Part shown: positions 24,001 to 35,200 of the stretch, piece after piece
Numbering within the stretch: position 1 is the first letter of the stretch
Layout: every line of letters starts with the position of its first letter
Origin: Zootoca vivipara
Taxonomy: Eukaryota
Direction: 5' to 3'
Assembly (NCBI RefSeq): GCF_963506605.1
Contig: NC_083290.1
Location: forward strand, 30,008,001-30,072,000
Length of the DNA: 64,000 nt
The notes under the pieces: model-generated
Databases searched by the model: none
Seen by the model: the letters and a program-made list of their open reading frames with translations, nothing else
Told to the model about the DNA's origin: nothing
Translations under genes and position numbers: made by a program

Positions 24001-26813
24001 CAGCCGGGCAGTGGAGACCGGGGAGGGGGCGCCGCTGAGGCGGACCTCTGGGGAGGGTCTCGGCAGGAAGGGGGGCGCAGCGGCAGGACCCTTGGAGATG
24101 GGGGGTGGATCGCCGCGAAGGCCCTTGCCCGGCAGGGCCGGGGTCGCTACCGGCGCTTCCCCCGGGAGCAAAGCCTGGACGGCTGAAGGGCTGCGCCCTC
24201 GTCTGGCCACGAGGCGGCTGGCCGGGCTTTACTTCGCGCAGGTCAGTAGGGACAGAGACTGCCCGTCGAGGCCGTGGCCGAAACGAGGCTGGGACTCAGG
24301 GGCCGCCCCCACTCCGAGGACTCACTAGTAGTAGCAACCCTTTCGGTCGACTCAGCTCTGGGTGGGGGTGGGGCAGCCATGATACTGGCCTGCCTTACAG
24401 GGTTGTTGGGAAAGGTGCCGGAGAGAAAACCGGAGCCGTGACCAGTTCAGAGCTGCGGAAAGGCGCCGCTCTCACCCGCTTTTATTCTGCCAATAAATTA
24501 TGTGCTAGTGGGTCCTTAAACAGTTTCAACGTCCCTTTGAAAGAAGCGGGCCGCCACACACCCCCAAAAAAATAACAGCGCCGCCACGCCACCCCCAAAA
24601 AAACCCCTTTTGCCTCCCCATTTAGGCTCTACACAATTTTGGACTCTTCTTTGCAGGCGGCTGCCAAACCCAAGAGCATCGCAACATTATTTTGAATGCC
24701 CTCTTTTCTTGTGGGGGGGGGGAGAGTGAAATCACCCCCTGCAGTGTGGACCTTGCCCGCCCGCATTATGTGCCACGGAATGACACCATGCAGGAGCCAG
24801 GCTGCTTAAATTGTATTTTCACTGTGACTTCCTCTAGCTCAGGCATCCCCAAACTGAACAGCTATCTCACAAGCTCCCTGAGAGACAGTGTGGGTGCAGC
24901 AGACATCAGACACCTATGGGAGAGGCTTGCTTCTATCGTGCACCTTAAGCTCCCTTGCAGGGCCATTGTGAAGTGAAAATGAGAGTGAGATGCACTGAGC
25001 CCTGAAAAAGGGGCAGGAGAAAAGATTGTGAGACAGAGAAAGCAAAGCAGCCACCTCTTCCTTTCACTGGAAAGATCAAACCCTCACAAGGTGACCACTC
25101 TGGGGCATGAAAGAAGTGGGGCAGCAGGCTCTCCCCCCCCCCCCGAGTCTGCCTCAACGCCAAACCTCTTTTCACTTCCCCTGGCTTTTGTACTGCTTGG
25201 TCCGTTTAAAACGCAGCTGGCTGCTTTAAACTGCTGTTTTGTATGGTAGTGTTGTAAAGCTTGGTTTACATAGGTGTGCTTTTAAAGTTTTTTTCTAAGC
25301 CTCTCTGTAAACCTGTTGAAGATGGTGCCTGATGTCGGTGGTGGCATAAATAAAAAAAGAAACAGTGCTTGGGAGAAGGAGAAGGTACCTCAAAGGAAGA
25401 ACTGGAGAAGGCCATGCCTTGGATGGCCTGGACAAGCCAGCAGAAACTGAAGCCAAATCATCCCTGAAAAGCAAGTGTCCCGCAGGTTAGTAGTAGCACA
25501 AGCTACCAGTTGTCTCTCCGGGAGGAAATTCTGGGCACAAGCCCCCCCCCCCTTGCCGGCTGCATGGACTGGGTCCAGCCTTTCCTCAAAATGGAGTAAG
25601 GACCTCATTGGCGGAGGCTGCTGTCGGTTAGAAAGCATCTCCCTCCCACCCCCAGGTTGGACAAAGGGACAGGAGAGATCCAAAGGCCAGGTTGTACCCC
25701 AGCTATGGCTAAAAAGGGCCAGAGTGAAACCCCAAGCCCCCTCCCTTCAAATCTCTAGGTGCATCGGTCCCTGGGACTTTCTGCCCCCTCCCAGGATCCC
25801 ATTTTTGGTCAGAGTGCACACCTCAGCCTCCTGAGCTGCGATTTGGGATGTGCATTCAAGGGACATGGCAATGATGTGCTTTGAAGTAGGGCAGCCTTGG
25901 TGGGATTTACTAGCATGGAAAATATAGGGCAACTGCAGGGTCCTTTGCAGGGTGATGGGCTGCTCTGGCTTCTCACTGCTGCTGCTGCTGCTTCCGTCCC
26001 TCCCACATGTGAGATCACAGTTTAGCAGCACAATGGGGGGTGAGGAGAGGGGGGAGGCATCTATAAGAGCACATCTGTGTCTGCAGTCTGCTGGCTCTCT
26101 CCAGCCAGGCACAACAGGCTTCGGCCCACGCCTTGCAAAAGCATTTGAGTGTGTGTGTGGCTGGGATTGACTCAGTCATGGAGAGAAGTAGCTCAACTAT
26201 TTTCCTCTCTCGGCCCAGGGGAGTCCTCGGGGCTATTAATTTTTAAAATATTTTTAATGGGATTCTTTTTCCAGGGTCTCGGCGGGCGGGGGTGGGGGGT
26301 GGGAAAGAGAATGATTCAGGCAGGAAACAGGGAGTCTCTGGAAAATCTGACACTGTGATCTTTGTATGAAAGGGCTGGCTGCTGCACCCGGTGGTGTGTG
26401 GAGGAGCTCCCTAGAAAATGTGTGTGTTTGGGACGGGGGGGGGGAGGTCCTTAAGGAGGCCACTAGTTCCAGATCCCCATTCTTTGCTCTGCAGAGAGCA
26501 ACAATTCGCTTAACGGTTTCTTCAGTCCACACCGAAGCACAGACACCGACCCCATTCCGAAGATAAAATGACAATGGGGAGGAGGAAATAAGGGACTGAA
26601 TATTGGAGAAAGGGAATAGCAGTGCTATATCTCGGGGCCGGAAGCAGCACATGCTTAACGGGTGCAAAATGGGAGCCTGTGTGTTAGCACCTTTCTGATG
26701 CAGGCATGTGGTTTTGCGGCACCATTTCAGGCAGGCGAGACCTCCTGGGGAGGCACCAGAGCTCTCCACTGTGGTCCAAGGCCAATGCAAATAGTGTGTT
26801 GGTTTGGTCTTTC

Positions 26814-26855
<42 letters not shown>

Positions 26856-29800
26856 ATAACAAAGCCCCCAAGAGCAGTAAACACTGTGTGCAGTCACACA
26901 ATACTATAATGCATCCTGAACATCAGTTCAAAAACCAAATTGGGGCCATTGCATTCTTAGGCCCAAAGAGTGCATACTGTTTTGTGATATTTTGGTGGGC
27001 CTAAACATTATTTTTTAATTTTCTTATGGACCAATACGACTATGCTTTACTTTTTATGTGACCTGAACATGTGACTCCATGGCTCTCAATGTGTCAAATA
27101 AATACTTTAAATCTCAAATTAGTAGGCCACGTGAACTTGCAACATCAGGTCAGATCACCATCATCAATAGCTGAAGAAAGCTGTTGCACTCCTGTCCTGC
27201 TTTGTAGGCTTCCCACAAACATTTACTTGGTCACTGGGAGGAAGAAGGTGCTTAGCTGGGTAGGCTGCTGTTATAACCCAACAGGGCTGTTCTTAAAGAG
27301 GGAAATTAATCTCCAAGGGCCACAGCTGAATACCTGATTTGCATGCAGAATGTCCCAGGTTCAATCCCCAATGACATTTCCACATAAGACTGGGAGAGAC
27401 CCAACCTGAAATCCTAGAGAGCCTCTTCCTGCCAAGCAGTGTAAAAAAAAGCCTGAATTAGATTGACTTAAATGGGCAGACTTCTCCACGGAACTGCTGT
27501 GGGTGACTAGTACTGGTGACAGACATGCTGTCAATTTCCTGACAAGTGTTCTGGGAGATGGAGAATGAAGTCAGGGAGGAAGTGGTGTACTGATGGGCAA
27601 ATTGAACGAATTTCACTCAAATAAGACTAGGCTCATGTATGCTCCACTCATGACACAAAGGTCTATAGATACAGTACCCTAAATGATTGCCCTAGAACAG
27701 CTGGTCAAGGAACCAGCCAGAAAGGAGATGACCCTGGACATAATCCTAAGTGGCACCAAGGAGAACTTGGAGCAAGATGTAAGTGGGCAGTTTCCAAGAA
27801 AGTACAGTCACATTTGACTTCAAAAGAGGAAACTTCTAAAGAATGAGGTGATGGGTTAGAAAGGAAGTTTGCAAGGGAAAGTCAAAAGTCTCATTAACCT
27901 TGTCAGTAAGCAAATGAAGAAGGGTGTTTTGGCAGAGAGTACATTCTTAGACTTTCAAAAAGCATTTGATAAAAGCCCCTCACCAAATATTCCCATGTAA
28001 GCATAGCAGTTATGGAATAAGATCCTCTTATGGATCAGAAACTGGTTAAGAAACAGGAAGCAAAGAAAAACAATAAAATTGCAGTTTTCTTGATAGAGGG
28101 GAGCAAGAAATGGGGTGCCCCAAAAATCTGTATTAGGACCTGTGTTTTTGAACTTGTTTACCAATCACCTGGATTTGGGAGTGAGCAGTCAGATAGCCAG
28201 TTTGCTGTTAACACCAAATCGTTAAGTACCACTTTCCATCATGTATGACTTCAAAGAAGTTTCCATATGGCAAGTCATATAGTAAAATAAAATAGGCTGG
28301 CAAGAACAAAAAGGGATTCGAAGGAGCTCCATGAGGATATTTCCAAATTGGGTGATGGGGCATTGAAATAGCAAATCCACTTCCATGTAGGCAAGTCTAA
28401 AGGGATGCACTATGGGGCAAAAAGTCCTCGGTTTACTTACACACTAATGGGATCTAAACTGCTAGTGACTGCCCGGAAAAGCAGTCTTGCAGTCACAGCA
28501 GACAGTGCAATGAAAACGTCAACCCAGTGTGCGGCACCTGTGAAAAAGGTGCACAATTGGTGCCTCTCTCTGAACCTGAACTTTTGCACTGTACCCACCC
28601 AGCCAGGAATTCTGTGCAAGTTCACTACAGATAACTCAGGTGAAAGCATCACTAAAGATCAAGCACCAGGGAATTTTGAAATTCCCCTAATCCACCTTCC
28701 CATTCCCTGTCCCCCAGCTGCATACAGTAGCTGCTGTAGGTTGTAGATTGTAGACAGCCCAGTCCTACTGCAAAATTGCCTCCCAACCAGCTGCCTCCCT
28801 CCTTCCATACTGGTCAGTATCTGCACCATTGATCGGGGCATGTCATACCCTTCCACTCTGGGTGTAATCACCCAAGTGCACTCCATCCTACTTTGCCAGG
28901 TGGGATCAGCACCTGGACATTAGGGACCACACACCTAGAAGATCTCCCAGGCCTCCAGGATGCAGCCTCAGTCCTTCTCTTCCTTTGGGAGTAGAAAGAG
29001 CAACATCAAAGCAGCATCTCAACTTGCATCTGCAAAGCACTGTCAAGGGAAGGAAACACTGGCGAGTGGACACATTCAGCAAACCACCTTCCACTCACCA
29101 GTGATGTCTGGGAGTAGATCACAAGGGGGCCAGCTTCTTGAGCGAAGGCAAGACCCCAGCTGGGAGAAAGCCTGTGGTCCTCTCCGGAGTCAGTTAGGAG
29201 TCCGCTATCAAGGTAGCTACAGAACCACACAGGCTTTCCCAGTCTGCCTGGAGCCACCAAGTGAAGTGTCGCAGAACTGCCAGTTTCACGGCCTCCCAGC
29301 AAATGCCAGCTTGGCATCCGCCAAGGAACAGCCCCCTCCTCCCCTGCCGTGTCCCTGGCAGCCCCAGGGACAAGGACAGGCAGACGAGCAACAGCTTCTC
29401 TCTCCCCCCCCCCAACGTGTGCAGAGAAAGAGTGTAGCAAAGCGCTATCCAGCAGCCGGCCCAAACTTGGGAGGCTAAAGACATTCTTTCCCTCTCTGAG
29501 CTTGGACTTGTCACTGTTCCTATTTTGTTGAATTTCCCTTTGTTTGTGCCAGCAAGAGCCTGCCTGCCTGCCTGCCTGCCAAGGACAAAAAGCCACAGAG
29601 AAGAGAGATTTGCTGCAGTGCCAGCATCTTGGTGTGGCCCCATCAGTGAGCCTTCCTCAGCAACAGCAGCCCACACTTTTCTGGGGGGCAGTGGTTGCTC
29701 CAGACCCCCCAGGAAGGGGGCTCCCCAAGTCTCCCTTGGGGCACTGCCTGGCCTGGAGCCCACCAGCCACCTACTCTCCTCAAGTGTCCCTCTGCACAGA

Positions 29801-32246
29801 CAGTCTCGGCCATTGTTTGGGCCGCCCACGTGCCAGCGCTGCAGCTGTCAGAAAGGACCTTTGATATCTGACAGCAGTCTAATCCTTGCTAAGGAGGGGC
29901 CTCCTCGCCTGACAGCAGCCCCTCCCCACAGCTTCCTCAGGCCAAGCCAAAGGCAGAACCCAGCAAATCGTCAGGCAGAGCGGAGCCAAAATTCATTTGC
30001 AGATCACACAGAAAATCACACCAGCAGCAGATTCACCACCGTCCTCCCTGGTTGTAGGCCCCAAGTGACTCAGCCTTGCCTCAGAAACAACTACCAGGCA
30101 CAGCCAAACCATAGCTGCCAAGTTATCCCTTTTTTTAAGGGAAATTCCCTTATGCTGAATAGGCTTCCTTGTGAGAAAAGGGAAAACTTGGCAGCTATGA
30201 GCCAAACTGAAAGAGTGCCTGACCAGCAGCCACCTGTGCTAGAGTCAGGCACCTACCTAGGCCACAGCATGCATTGCACGGCCAAGCTAAAAGCAAAGTG
30301 AGCTCCACAGCCCCCAGCAGAAAGCAGCATGCTACCCCCACCCTTCTTCTCCCTTCCTCCAAGGTTGATCCTCAAAAGAATGTGGGCACATGTTTTATGA
30401 TCTTCTGTAAACCACTTGAGAGTTTTTGGGTTTTTGTTTTACATTCGAGCGGTGTATAAATCTTAAGATCCTGGATCCTCTAACAGCCCTTTGGACCTGC
30501 AGGACATCCAATGGGTCTGCTGTTCCCTGCCCCAGACACAGCCAGGCATCTCACAACCACACCTCCTGCATCCAAGGAGCCACTGCCTCTGCTCATCAGC
30601 TGCCATGACCCCTACCTTGGGGGAGGGGGAGAACAAAGCCACACCCCATTTCAGCCTCCCCAAAGGAGTTTCAGGAGTCCCACCCACTGGCTTCATTTTG
30701 GGGCAAGGCGAAAACGTTTGTTGCTTGCCCAGGCCTTTGGAAATGCAATCAGCTTCCTTGCCAACAAAGCTACTCTGTATATGTGGTTGTTAGAGTGATT
30801 TTTTTTTAATTGTCAGGTTATAGTGTTAAGCAGCTGTTTGCTCTCACCGGTAGAAAGGGAGGGATATATTAGTAACAAGGAAAGCCACCAACCCATCAGC
30901 CTCCTTACCTTGAGAAAGGCGTGTGGGGCGTGTGACTGCCAAGCCATCTATGGCACATGGGTTGCCACAGGGGTGCAGAGTGAGAGTCCCATGCATGTTC
31001 TCGATGAAGCAGTGCTTGGGTGCCACGCCAGCCCCCTGCAGCACAATGTCCCCGGCGGCTGAGCCCAGCACAGTTTTGCCTGCAAGGAGACACAGGCAGA
31101 TGCTCAGCAGGGCAGGATGTGGGGCAGCCACTGTCCTCCAAGCAGCTCTTCTGCCTGGCTAGTTCCCAGCAGGAGAAGCAGGTGCCCCCTCTCACCTAGG
31201 GAGCTTGACAGCCAGGGGCCTGAGAGTAGCCAAGGCTGCCCAAAGGAGATTCCTAAATTGGATGGGCCAGCGCATCAAGGTTGGAGAGATTCTGCTTTGC
31301 CACCTTTCCTAGCTGATGCTCTGATGGTGTCCTCCGCACAGGAAGGGGCTTCCCAACCAGCCCTGCAGGTGCTTACCTTCTTCCAGGGGCAGGAGAGTGA
31401 TGGCAGTGCTGAGACGCCCGCTGCCCAGGCTCACCAGATGTGGCTTCTCAGTCTGCACTTTCAGGCCTTTGCCTGTCTCGGTCAGGTCTAGAAGACTGTT
31501 CTGCAAGGTGGAGAATACAGTAGCTTTAACTGGCTGCACCACCACTGCGAGATGTGGGTCTGAAGAAATGGGGTGGATGGCCAAGGCATGGGGCTGGCTG
31601 AGATTCGGGAGAAGGTGGGAGAGGAAGGAAGAGAACTGCCCCAGTTGCAGGCAGTATCCAGGGTCTGTAGCTCACTCTAATAGGATCACAGAGCAAGCCA
31701 ATTAACCCTAAGGGATTTAGGGCCAATCCTCCTAATTGGACAATAACAGGAGCTGGGGAGCAGGGAGCCACCCTGCTCTGTTGAAGCCCTGAAGGCTGAT
31801 GAGCCAAGGAGAGGAGGAGGCCATTGGTACTACAGTGGGGGAGCATCTCCTGGTCATTTGGGGCTGATGCACACAAAGGTTGCAGCCCCTGTGCATGCGT
31901 CAGGGTGGTACCCCTTGTGGAGAGAGATCCTAATAAAACCAACAGTAGCACAGCACTTACAATCAGTTACAACACAGAACTAGGGAAAGCCTTCAACCAT
32001 TGCCAAAAGAGAACAAAGTTGACTCCAGGCCAACTCCATAAATAAGGGGTCAGCACTGAAAAGGCCCTGCATTGCCCTCCCTAGGCTCACTCACTGGCCT
32101 GAGGGTGAGAACCCTGCTTTGTTTACAAGTATTTTCATTCACAATATTCCAAGTTGTTGTTTTTTCCATTCACAATATCAGCTCACCTGAAGACGTGCCT
32201 GCACTCGACCAGCTGGGCTGGCCACGTTGCGGTTACAGGTCTCCAT
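213..32246 (-). CDS. PHLDB1: Pleckstrin homology-like domain family B member 1 (LL5-alpha), multi-exon; 3' end runs off the left edge of the window
   Basis: Phase-consistent GT-AG exons: 32187-32246, 31377-31500, 30909-31079, 19066-19191, 16905-18259, 11614-11886, 9928-10068, 9551-9682, 6786-6914, 5862-6017, 5646-5756, 5299-5388, [3100-3201, 2416-2517, 2006-2149, 1378-1494 cassette-like], 1156-1263, 213-315. Peptides match PHLDB1 (LDLTETGKGLKVQTEKPHLVSLGSGRLSTAITLLPLEEG; ERLREQEMERL|ERQRLETIL; GSLPRNLASTLQDIESKRQLALQQK). Confidence 0.96.
385..930 (-). mobile_element. Possible solo LTR (Gypsy-like)
   Basis: TGT...ACA termini, AATAAA on - strand near 465, composition distinct from flanks; no convincing TSD. 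Confidence 0.4.
1156..1263 (-). CDS. PHLDB1: PHLDB1 exon (VYRSKMDG...ATLGRSPSPK)
   Basis: 108 nt, phase 0/0, conserved peptide. Confidence 0.92.
1378..1494 (-). CDS. PHLDB1: PHLDB1 exon (DLPAGFEA...SSPPPLPAKARSSPDPRQ); 5' boundary uncertain (alternative in-frame acceptor near 1545)
   Basis: Conserved SSPPPLPAKA motif; CAG|GTAAC donor. Confidence 0.8.
1821..1878. repeat. (GACA)n microsatellite
   Basis: Direct observation. Confidence 0.95.
2006..2149 (-). CDS. PHLDB1: PHLDB1 candidate cassette exon (YVTTDQLAVILG...SSSCPQ)
   Basis: Pyrimidine-rich CAG acceptor, CAG|GTTTG donor, 144 nt in frame, no stop. Confidence 0.65.
2416..2517 (-). CDS. PHLDB1: PHLDB1 candidate cassette exon (EYVRLSDIFPFCG...PLSYE)
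   Basis: Strong polypyrimidine/TAG acceptor, GAG|GTACC donor, 102 nt in frame. Confidence 0.65.
2600..2637. repeat. (CA)n microsatellite
   Basis: Direct observation. Confidence 0.95.
3051..3085. repeat. (CAGG)n microsatellite
   Basis: Direct observation. Confidence 0.9.
3100..3201 (-). CDS. PHLDB1: PHLDB1 candidate cassette exon (EMLPFSELGEAADS...PGRTE)
   Basis: Pyrimidine-rich CAG acceptor, GAG|GTAATG donor, 102 nt in frame. Confidence 0.65.
5299..5388 (-). CDS. PHLDB1: PHLDB1 exon (EKETLLALERRYRVLTGGSGFPKASTALRE)
   Basis: 90 nt, phase 0/0, conserved peptide. Confidence 0.92.
5646..5756 (-). CDS. PHLDB1: PHLDB1 coiled-coil exon (ERLAALESQANQ...QMLQK)
   Basis: 111 nt, phase 0/0. Confidence 0.92.
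5862..6017 (-). CDS. PHLDB1: PHLDB1 coiled-coil exon (EAEALETETKLFEDLEFQ...)
   Basis: 156 nt, highly conserved peptide. Confidence 0.94.
6786..6914 (-). CDS. PHLDB1: PHLDB1 exon (ERAKVDAERKELER...QLDNCPESMREQLQDQMQR)
   Basis: 129 nt, phase 0/0, LDNCPESxREQLQ motif of the PHLDB family. Confidence 0.9.
9551..9682 (-). CDS. PHLDB1: PHLDB1 exon (AEMERALLQGEREAE...RDK)
   Basis: 132 nt, conserved peptide. Confidence 0.93.
9928..10068 (-). CDS. PHLDB1: PHLDB1 exon (HEEPPSAK...KELEQQLQETARE)
   Basis: 141 nt, conserved peptide. Confidence 0.92.
10196..11245 (+). mobile_element. LTR/ERV-like segment (5' boundary uncertain)
   Basis: AT-rich block in a GC-rich intron; purine tracts ~10219 and ~10502, TATATAA 10954-10960, AATAAA 11166-11171, ends ...CAACA. 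Confidence 0.45.
11003..11117 (+). mobile_element. Penelope-like element fragment with degenerate hammerhead ribozyme, 13-bp TSD
   Basis: GAAAGCTCATACC...TTAGTTGGTCTCTAAGGTGCTACTGG terminal motif; TSD CTCCTAACTAGCA/CTCCTAGCTAGCA at 10990-11002 and 11118-11130. Confidence 0.7.
11614..11886 (-). CDS. PHLDB1: PHLDB1 exon (ERQRLETILSLCAEY...LKEESSSTESAGQE)
   Basis: 273 nt, conserved peptide. Confidence 0.93.
12992..13345 (+). mobile_element. Full-length Sauria SINE with 14-bp TSD
   Basis: tRNA-like head GGGACCCAGGTGGCGCTGTGGTTAAACC...GGTTCGAATCC, (ACCTTT)n tail, TSD TATGAGCCCTTCTA at 12976-12989 and 13346-13359. Confidence 0.92.
14533..14562 (-). CDS. Candidate alternative PHLDB1 first coding exon (MLMRVTLDLT)
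   Basis: ATG at 14562, 10 codons, ACT|GTGAGT donor; phase 0 matches exon 11614-11886. Confidence 0.4.
15078..15400 (-). mobile_element. CR1 LINE 3' end
   Basis: ORF2 C-terminal peptide RKHFFTQSAVKLWNSLPQE...DGFKRGLDKF plus 3'UTR. Confidence 0.8.
16443..16660 (+). mobile_element. tRNA-derived SINE (MIR/Squam-like)
   Basis: A/B-box head AGCCAGTGTGG...GGTTCAAATCCC, core ACCTACCTCACAG; related to 38049-38262. Confidence 0.7.
16905..18259 (-). CDS. PHLDB1: PHLDB1 large Ser/Pro-rich exon
   Basis: 1355 nt within ORF 16800..18338; LVSSIERDLQDIMDSLVLEE, RYLLSPPQSPGAMSVGSSYENTSP, SMRELPPLSP motifs. Confidence 0.95.
18484..18790 (-). mobile_element. L2 LINE 3' fragment
   Basis: Degenerate AFSAVAP..WN peptide; resembles the 3' part of 42624-43239. 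Confidence 0.6.
19066..19191 (-). CDS. PHLDB1: PHLDB1 exon, end of FHA domain (CMICLGQSTFLRFNHPAEAKWMKSMIP)
   Basis: 126 nt, phase 1/1, RFNHP motif. Confidence 0.94.
21338..21394 (-). mobile_element. Penelope-like terminal fragment
   Basis: GTAGGTAGCCGTGTTGGTCTG... similar to the start of the 11003 insert. Confidence 0.5.
22869..23047. mobile_element. Tc1/mariner (pogo/Tigger-like) MITE
   Basis: Imperfect TIR CTGTATATTCCTGCGTATGAGAC / GTCTTATACGCCAGAATATAC, TA flank. Confidence 0.65.
23450..24330 (-). promoter_or_regulatory. Intragenic CpG island; probable alternative PHLDB1 promoter/first exon (donor CAG|GTGAGT at 23864/23863)
   Basis: Very high CpG density inside a PHLDB1 intron; consensus donor on the PHLDB1 strand. 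Confidence 0.6.
26814..26853. repeat. (TAT)n microsatellite
   Basis: Direct observation. Confidence 0.95.
27660..28550 (+). mobile_element. Degenerate CR1 LINE ORF2 fragments (reverse transcriptase region)
   Basis: LDFQKAFDK and WIRNWLRNRKQR-like peptides with frameshifts and stops. Confidence 0.75.
30110..30199. mobile_element. 90-bp hAT MITE
   Basis: 15-bp perfect TIR CATAGCTGCCAAGTT; 8-bp TSD AGCCAAAC (30102-30109, 30200-30207). Confidence 0.9.
30909..31079 (-). CDS. PHLDB1: PHLDB1 FHA-domain exon
   Basis: 171 nt; KTVLGSAAGDIVLQGAGVAPKHCFIEN... Confidence 0.94.
31377..31500 (-). CDS. PHLDB1: PHLDB1 exon (NSLLDLTETGKGLKVQTEKPHLVSLGSGRLSTAITLLPLEE)
   Basis: 124 nt, near-identical to mammalian peptide. 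Confidence 0.95.
32187..32246 (-). CDS. PHLDB1: PHLDB1 first coding exon (METCNRNVASPAGRVQARLQ)
   Basis: GCC-ATG-G Kozak context, acceptor at 32260-32261, CAG|GTGAG donor, 20 codons. Confidence 0.85.
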
Positions 32247-35200
32247 GGCAATGGTCCCCCTAAAGGAAAAGGAAAAGTCAACAATCCTAGCCCAGAAAAG
32301 GACCCTAGGAGATCCATTCCCCACCCCTACCCCAACACATCCTGAGTGACCATCTTGTTTTGACTTCTGCATCAAAGCCACTTTGAATAGTGTAGAAGCG
32401 GGTGATTAAAATAAAATCTAGGTTGCTCAGACCTTGACAAATGAATCATATGTTGAATCTGGGATTAACCAAGAGTAATCCCTTGCCCCCACCCCCATCT
32501 ACCCCACCTTCACCACCCAACTGTGTCTGCACACATCCCCCCCAAATGCTCCCAGATCTCTCACCCCATCTGAAATCTAGATTGTAAACAGACCTTCCTG
32601 CCCCTCTGGCATGATTACTAAAAATACATGTTGCTTTCTCAAGTACATGGAAGAGTGCACATGAAAAGCAACAATATCACACTGGCAACATGTTCAATGC
32701 CCCCACAGCTCCAGCGATTCTACTTCATTGACCCTTCATCGGTTCTCTCTCTCAGCTGCACCTCAGATCTCTCTGCATCCCCCAGCCCTCTTCTCGGGAG
32801 GCCACCATGACAGCCACAGTACGCCACCTTCAGGCCAAGTCCCAACACTGCCCTACCTTGGAGGAGCCACCTGGGCCCCGCCAGAGGCAAAGCAGCCACG
32901 CACCACTGGCTCAGGTCAGGAGCACCTCAACTCACAGCCCCCTCTGCGGCAGGGCAGAAGCACATGCCTGCCTCTGTCCTGAACTCTCCCTCCCTCCCTT
33001 TCCCACCTCCCTGAAACTGAACACAGGTCCTCCCAAGGGGATGCAAGAGTTCTTCATCAGCAGAAAAGGCAGCCAGAAGTCTTGGCTTTTTGCCTTTCTT
33101 TCTCCTCAAGTCTCCCAGCTAGTGGGGGAGGAGGGAGGGGACACCTCTGCAGGAACTGCCTTGGTGAGGGTGTGTGTGTGGGGGGGGTGGTCTCCCTGTT
33201 CCCTTGCCTTCCCCTCTCTCCTCCAGAGCTGCTCCAGCAGGTCACAAGCCCTGACAAGCAGCCTCTGTTCTGGAGAAGGGAGGGAGGGTGGACACCCCAC
33301 CTTGCCAGCAGCGACAAGGCGGCTTTCTTCTCCTCAAAGAGGTCAGAGAATGAGGCGCTTGTGTGGCTGGGAGTGGCCGGGCAGCAAATGCCAAAGGGTC
33401 GGAGCTCCAGGAAAGGCCCGGGACAGCTGTGAGCCTCCTCTTAGACCTGGGGACCGAGCAAGTTGCGGGGGCTCCTAGCTGGACCACACACACAAAGCAC
33501 ACAGAGAGAAAACAGAAAGGAAGAAAAAGGTCCTCTGGGGGAAGGGGAAGGAAGGGAGAAAGGGGAAACCTGCCTGTGAGCCCTGGCTGTGATGTGGCCC
33601 CTTTCAGGAGAAGCTGACAAGACCTCCTTGTGGGCCGCTCCCTTCCCAGGCAAGGCTGCTTTTGGCCTGTCCTCTCCCCCCCCCCAAGGAAAGAGCCTGG
33701 GAAAGTTGGGGGCGGCAGGCCTGGTCTTGAGCTGGGCCAAGGCCTAGCCGCCCACAACGGTTGGATTGCCAAAAAGCCTGTGATGACACAAGAGCAGGGT
33801 GACCAGCTCCCCCCCCACACACATCGAGCTGGACCAGAGTGAGAACTGTTCTGGCCGTCCACACCCCTCAAGTCCTCATGCTAGGGAGTCAGCCACAAGG
33901 AGGAGGAGGAAGAGCCAGTGGTAGGGGACAGATGGCATTGCTCGTCCAAGCTAAAGAGGGCTTGTCAAAGAGCCACACAGCAGTAGAGCCTTCCTTGTGG
34001 TGCCAAGGGGCATGTGTGCATCCTTCAAAGTCCGGGGCTATAGGTAAAGAGGGCCCCCAAAGGCCTCCAGGCCCCCCTCAAGCAAGGGAGATTCACCTCA
34101 AAAGTCACCCAAGACAACCATCCTGACTCCTGGAGGGGCACCCGAAAGCACTGCCACTCCCACAGTCAGCAAGAGGCTCCGGAGGCCAGTTCCCTTTGCA
34201 ATCCTGAGTCACCAGGAGGAAACAGCCTTTCCTGTCCCATCCACAGGCAAAGAGGGGAGGCCCAGCCCAAGCCACAGGTTGCCAAGACAACAGTGGACAA
34301 TAACAGGGGCAACAGCCACTTCCCCTTGGAAAACAAACCAAGAGCTAGATCTATCCACCAGGCGCACTGTCTCAGTAGTCCCCTCCCCAGTTCCCCAAGG
34401 GACAGAGATCTCGTTTCAGCTCCTGTGCCCCCAAATAAGTCAGGCAGCAACCTGGCAGCTGCAGCCCCCAAAAGCAACTGTGGAAGCCCACCAATGCCCA
34501 CTGCCACATGGGATGCTCATAGCCATGTGCTTCTCCAACATCAACATTAGCAGACGGCTATTTCAGATCCTGGCTACCCAACTCAAGCTGGGGAGAGAAA
34601 CCAATAAACTGGGTGAATTCAAAATCGCCACCAGATAAGCATCCAAGTACCAAGAGAGAGGTGTCCCTGGGTGGCTCTCTGTGGCTGCCAGAAAATGTCA
34701 CGCACACACACGATGCCTTCCTCATTCCCAGGACTGGCAAATCCTGATTAAATGAAGGTGGGGGGGGGAAGTAAAATTGCCCTCCGCTCAATAAACCCTT
34801 TCATGGGGCAGATCCAAGTGCAACAGGCTCCCTGGTTCATTTGTGAAGAAAGTCTCAGAACATTCTGGGCACCCCCCTGAGCACAAAACAGAACTGGCCC
34901 CAAGGAGGTTAGCCACAACTGGGCAAGGCAACCAGACAATTTGTCCTTTGGCTCCAAGGGGATCAGGTGTCTCAAAGGTGGACCGGATGCCTACCGCTCT
35001 GTTGTTGCAGAGAGAGAACTGATCTTAAAGATGCACTAAAAGCACTTGCTTTTAGATCCAAAGAGAAACTCCCCAAGGATAGGGATACTATCCTCGGTGA
35101 GTCGTAAGGGCTAATAATTGCTTTTAAAAGAGGACTCCATATTCTTATTCTTTTTTGGTGTGTGTTTTGTAACTGCCGTTTTATTATATTATGAAAAACT

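Noticed and set aside
23220-24575. Long overlapping ORFs (200-270 aa) in CpG islands, also at 36025-37150 and 58255-59308
   Set aside because: Low-complexity Arg/Pro/Gly frames expected in GC-rich DNA, often with non-ATG starts and no recognisable domain.
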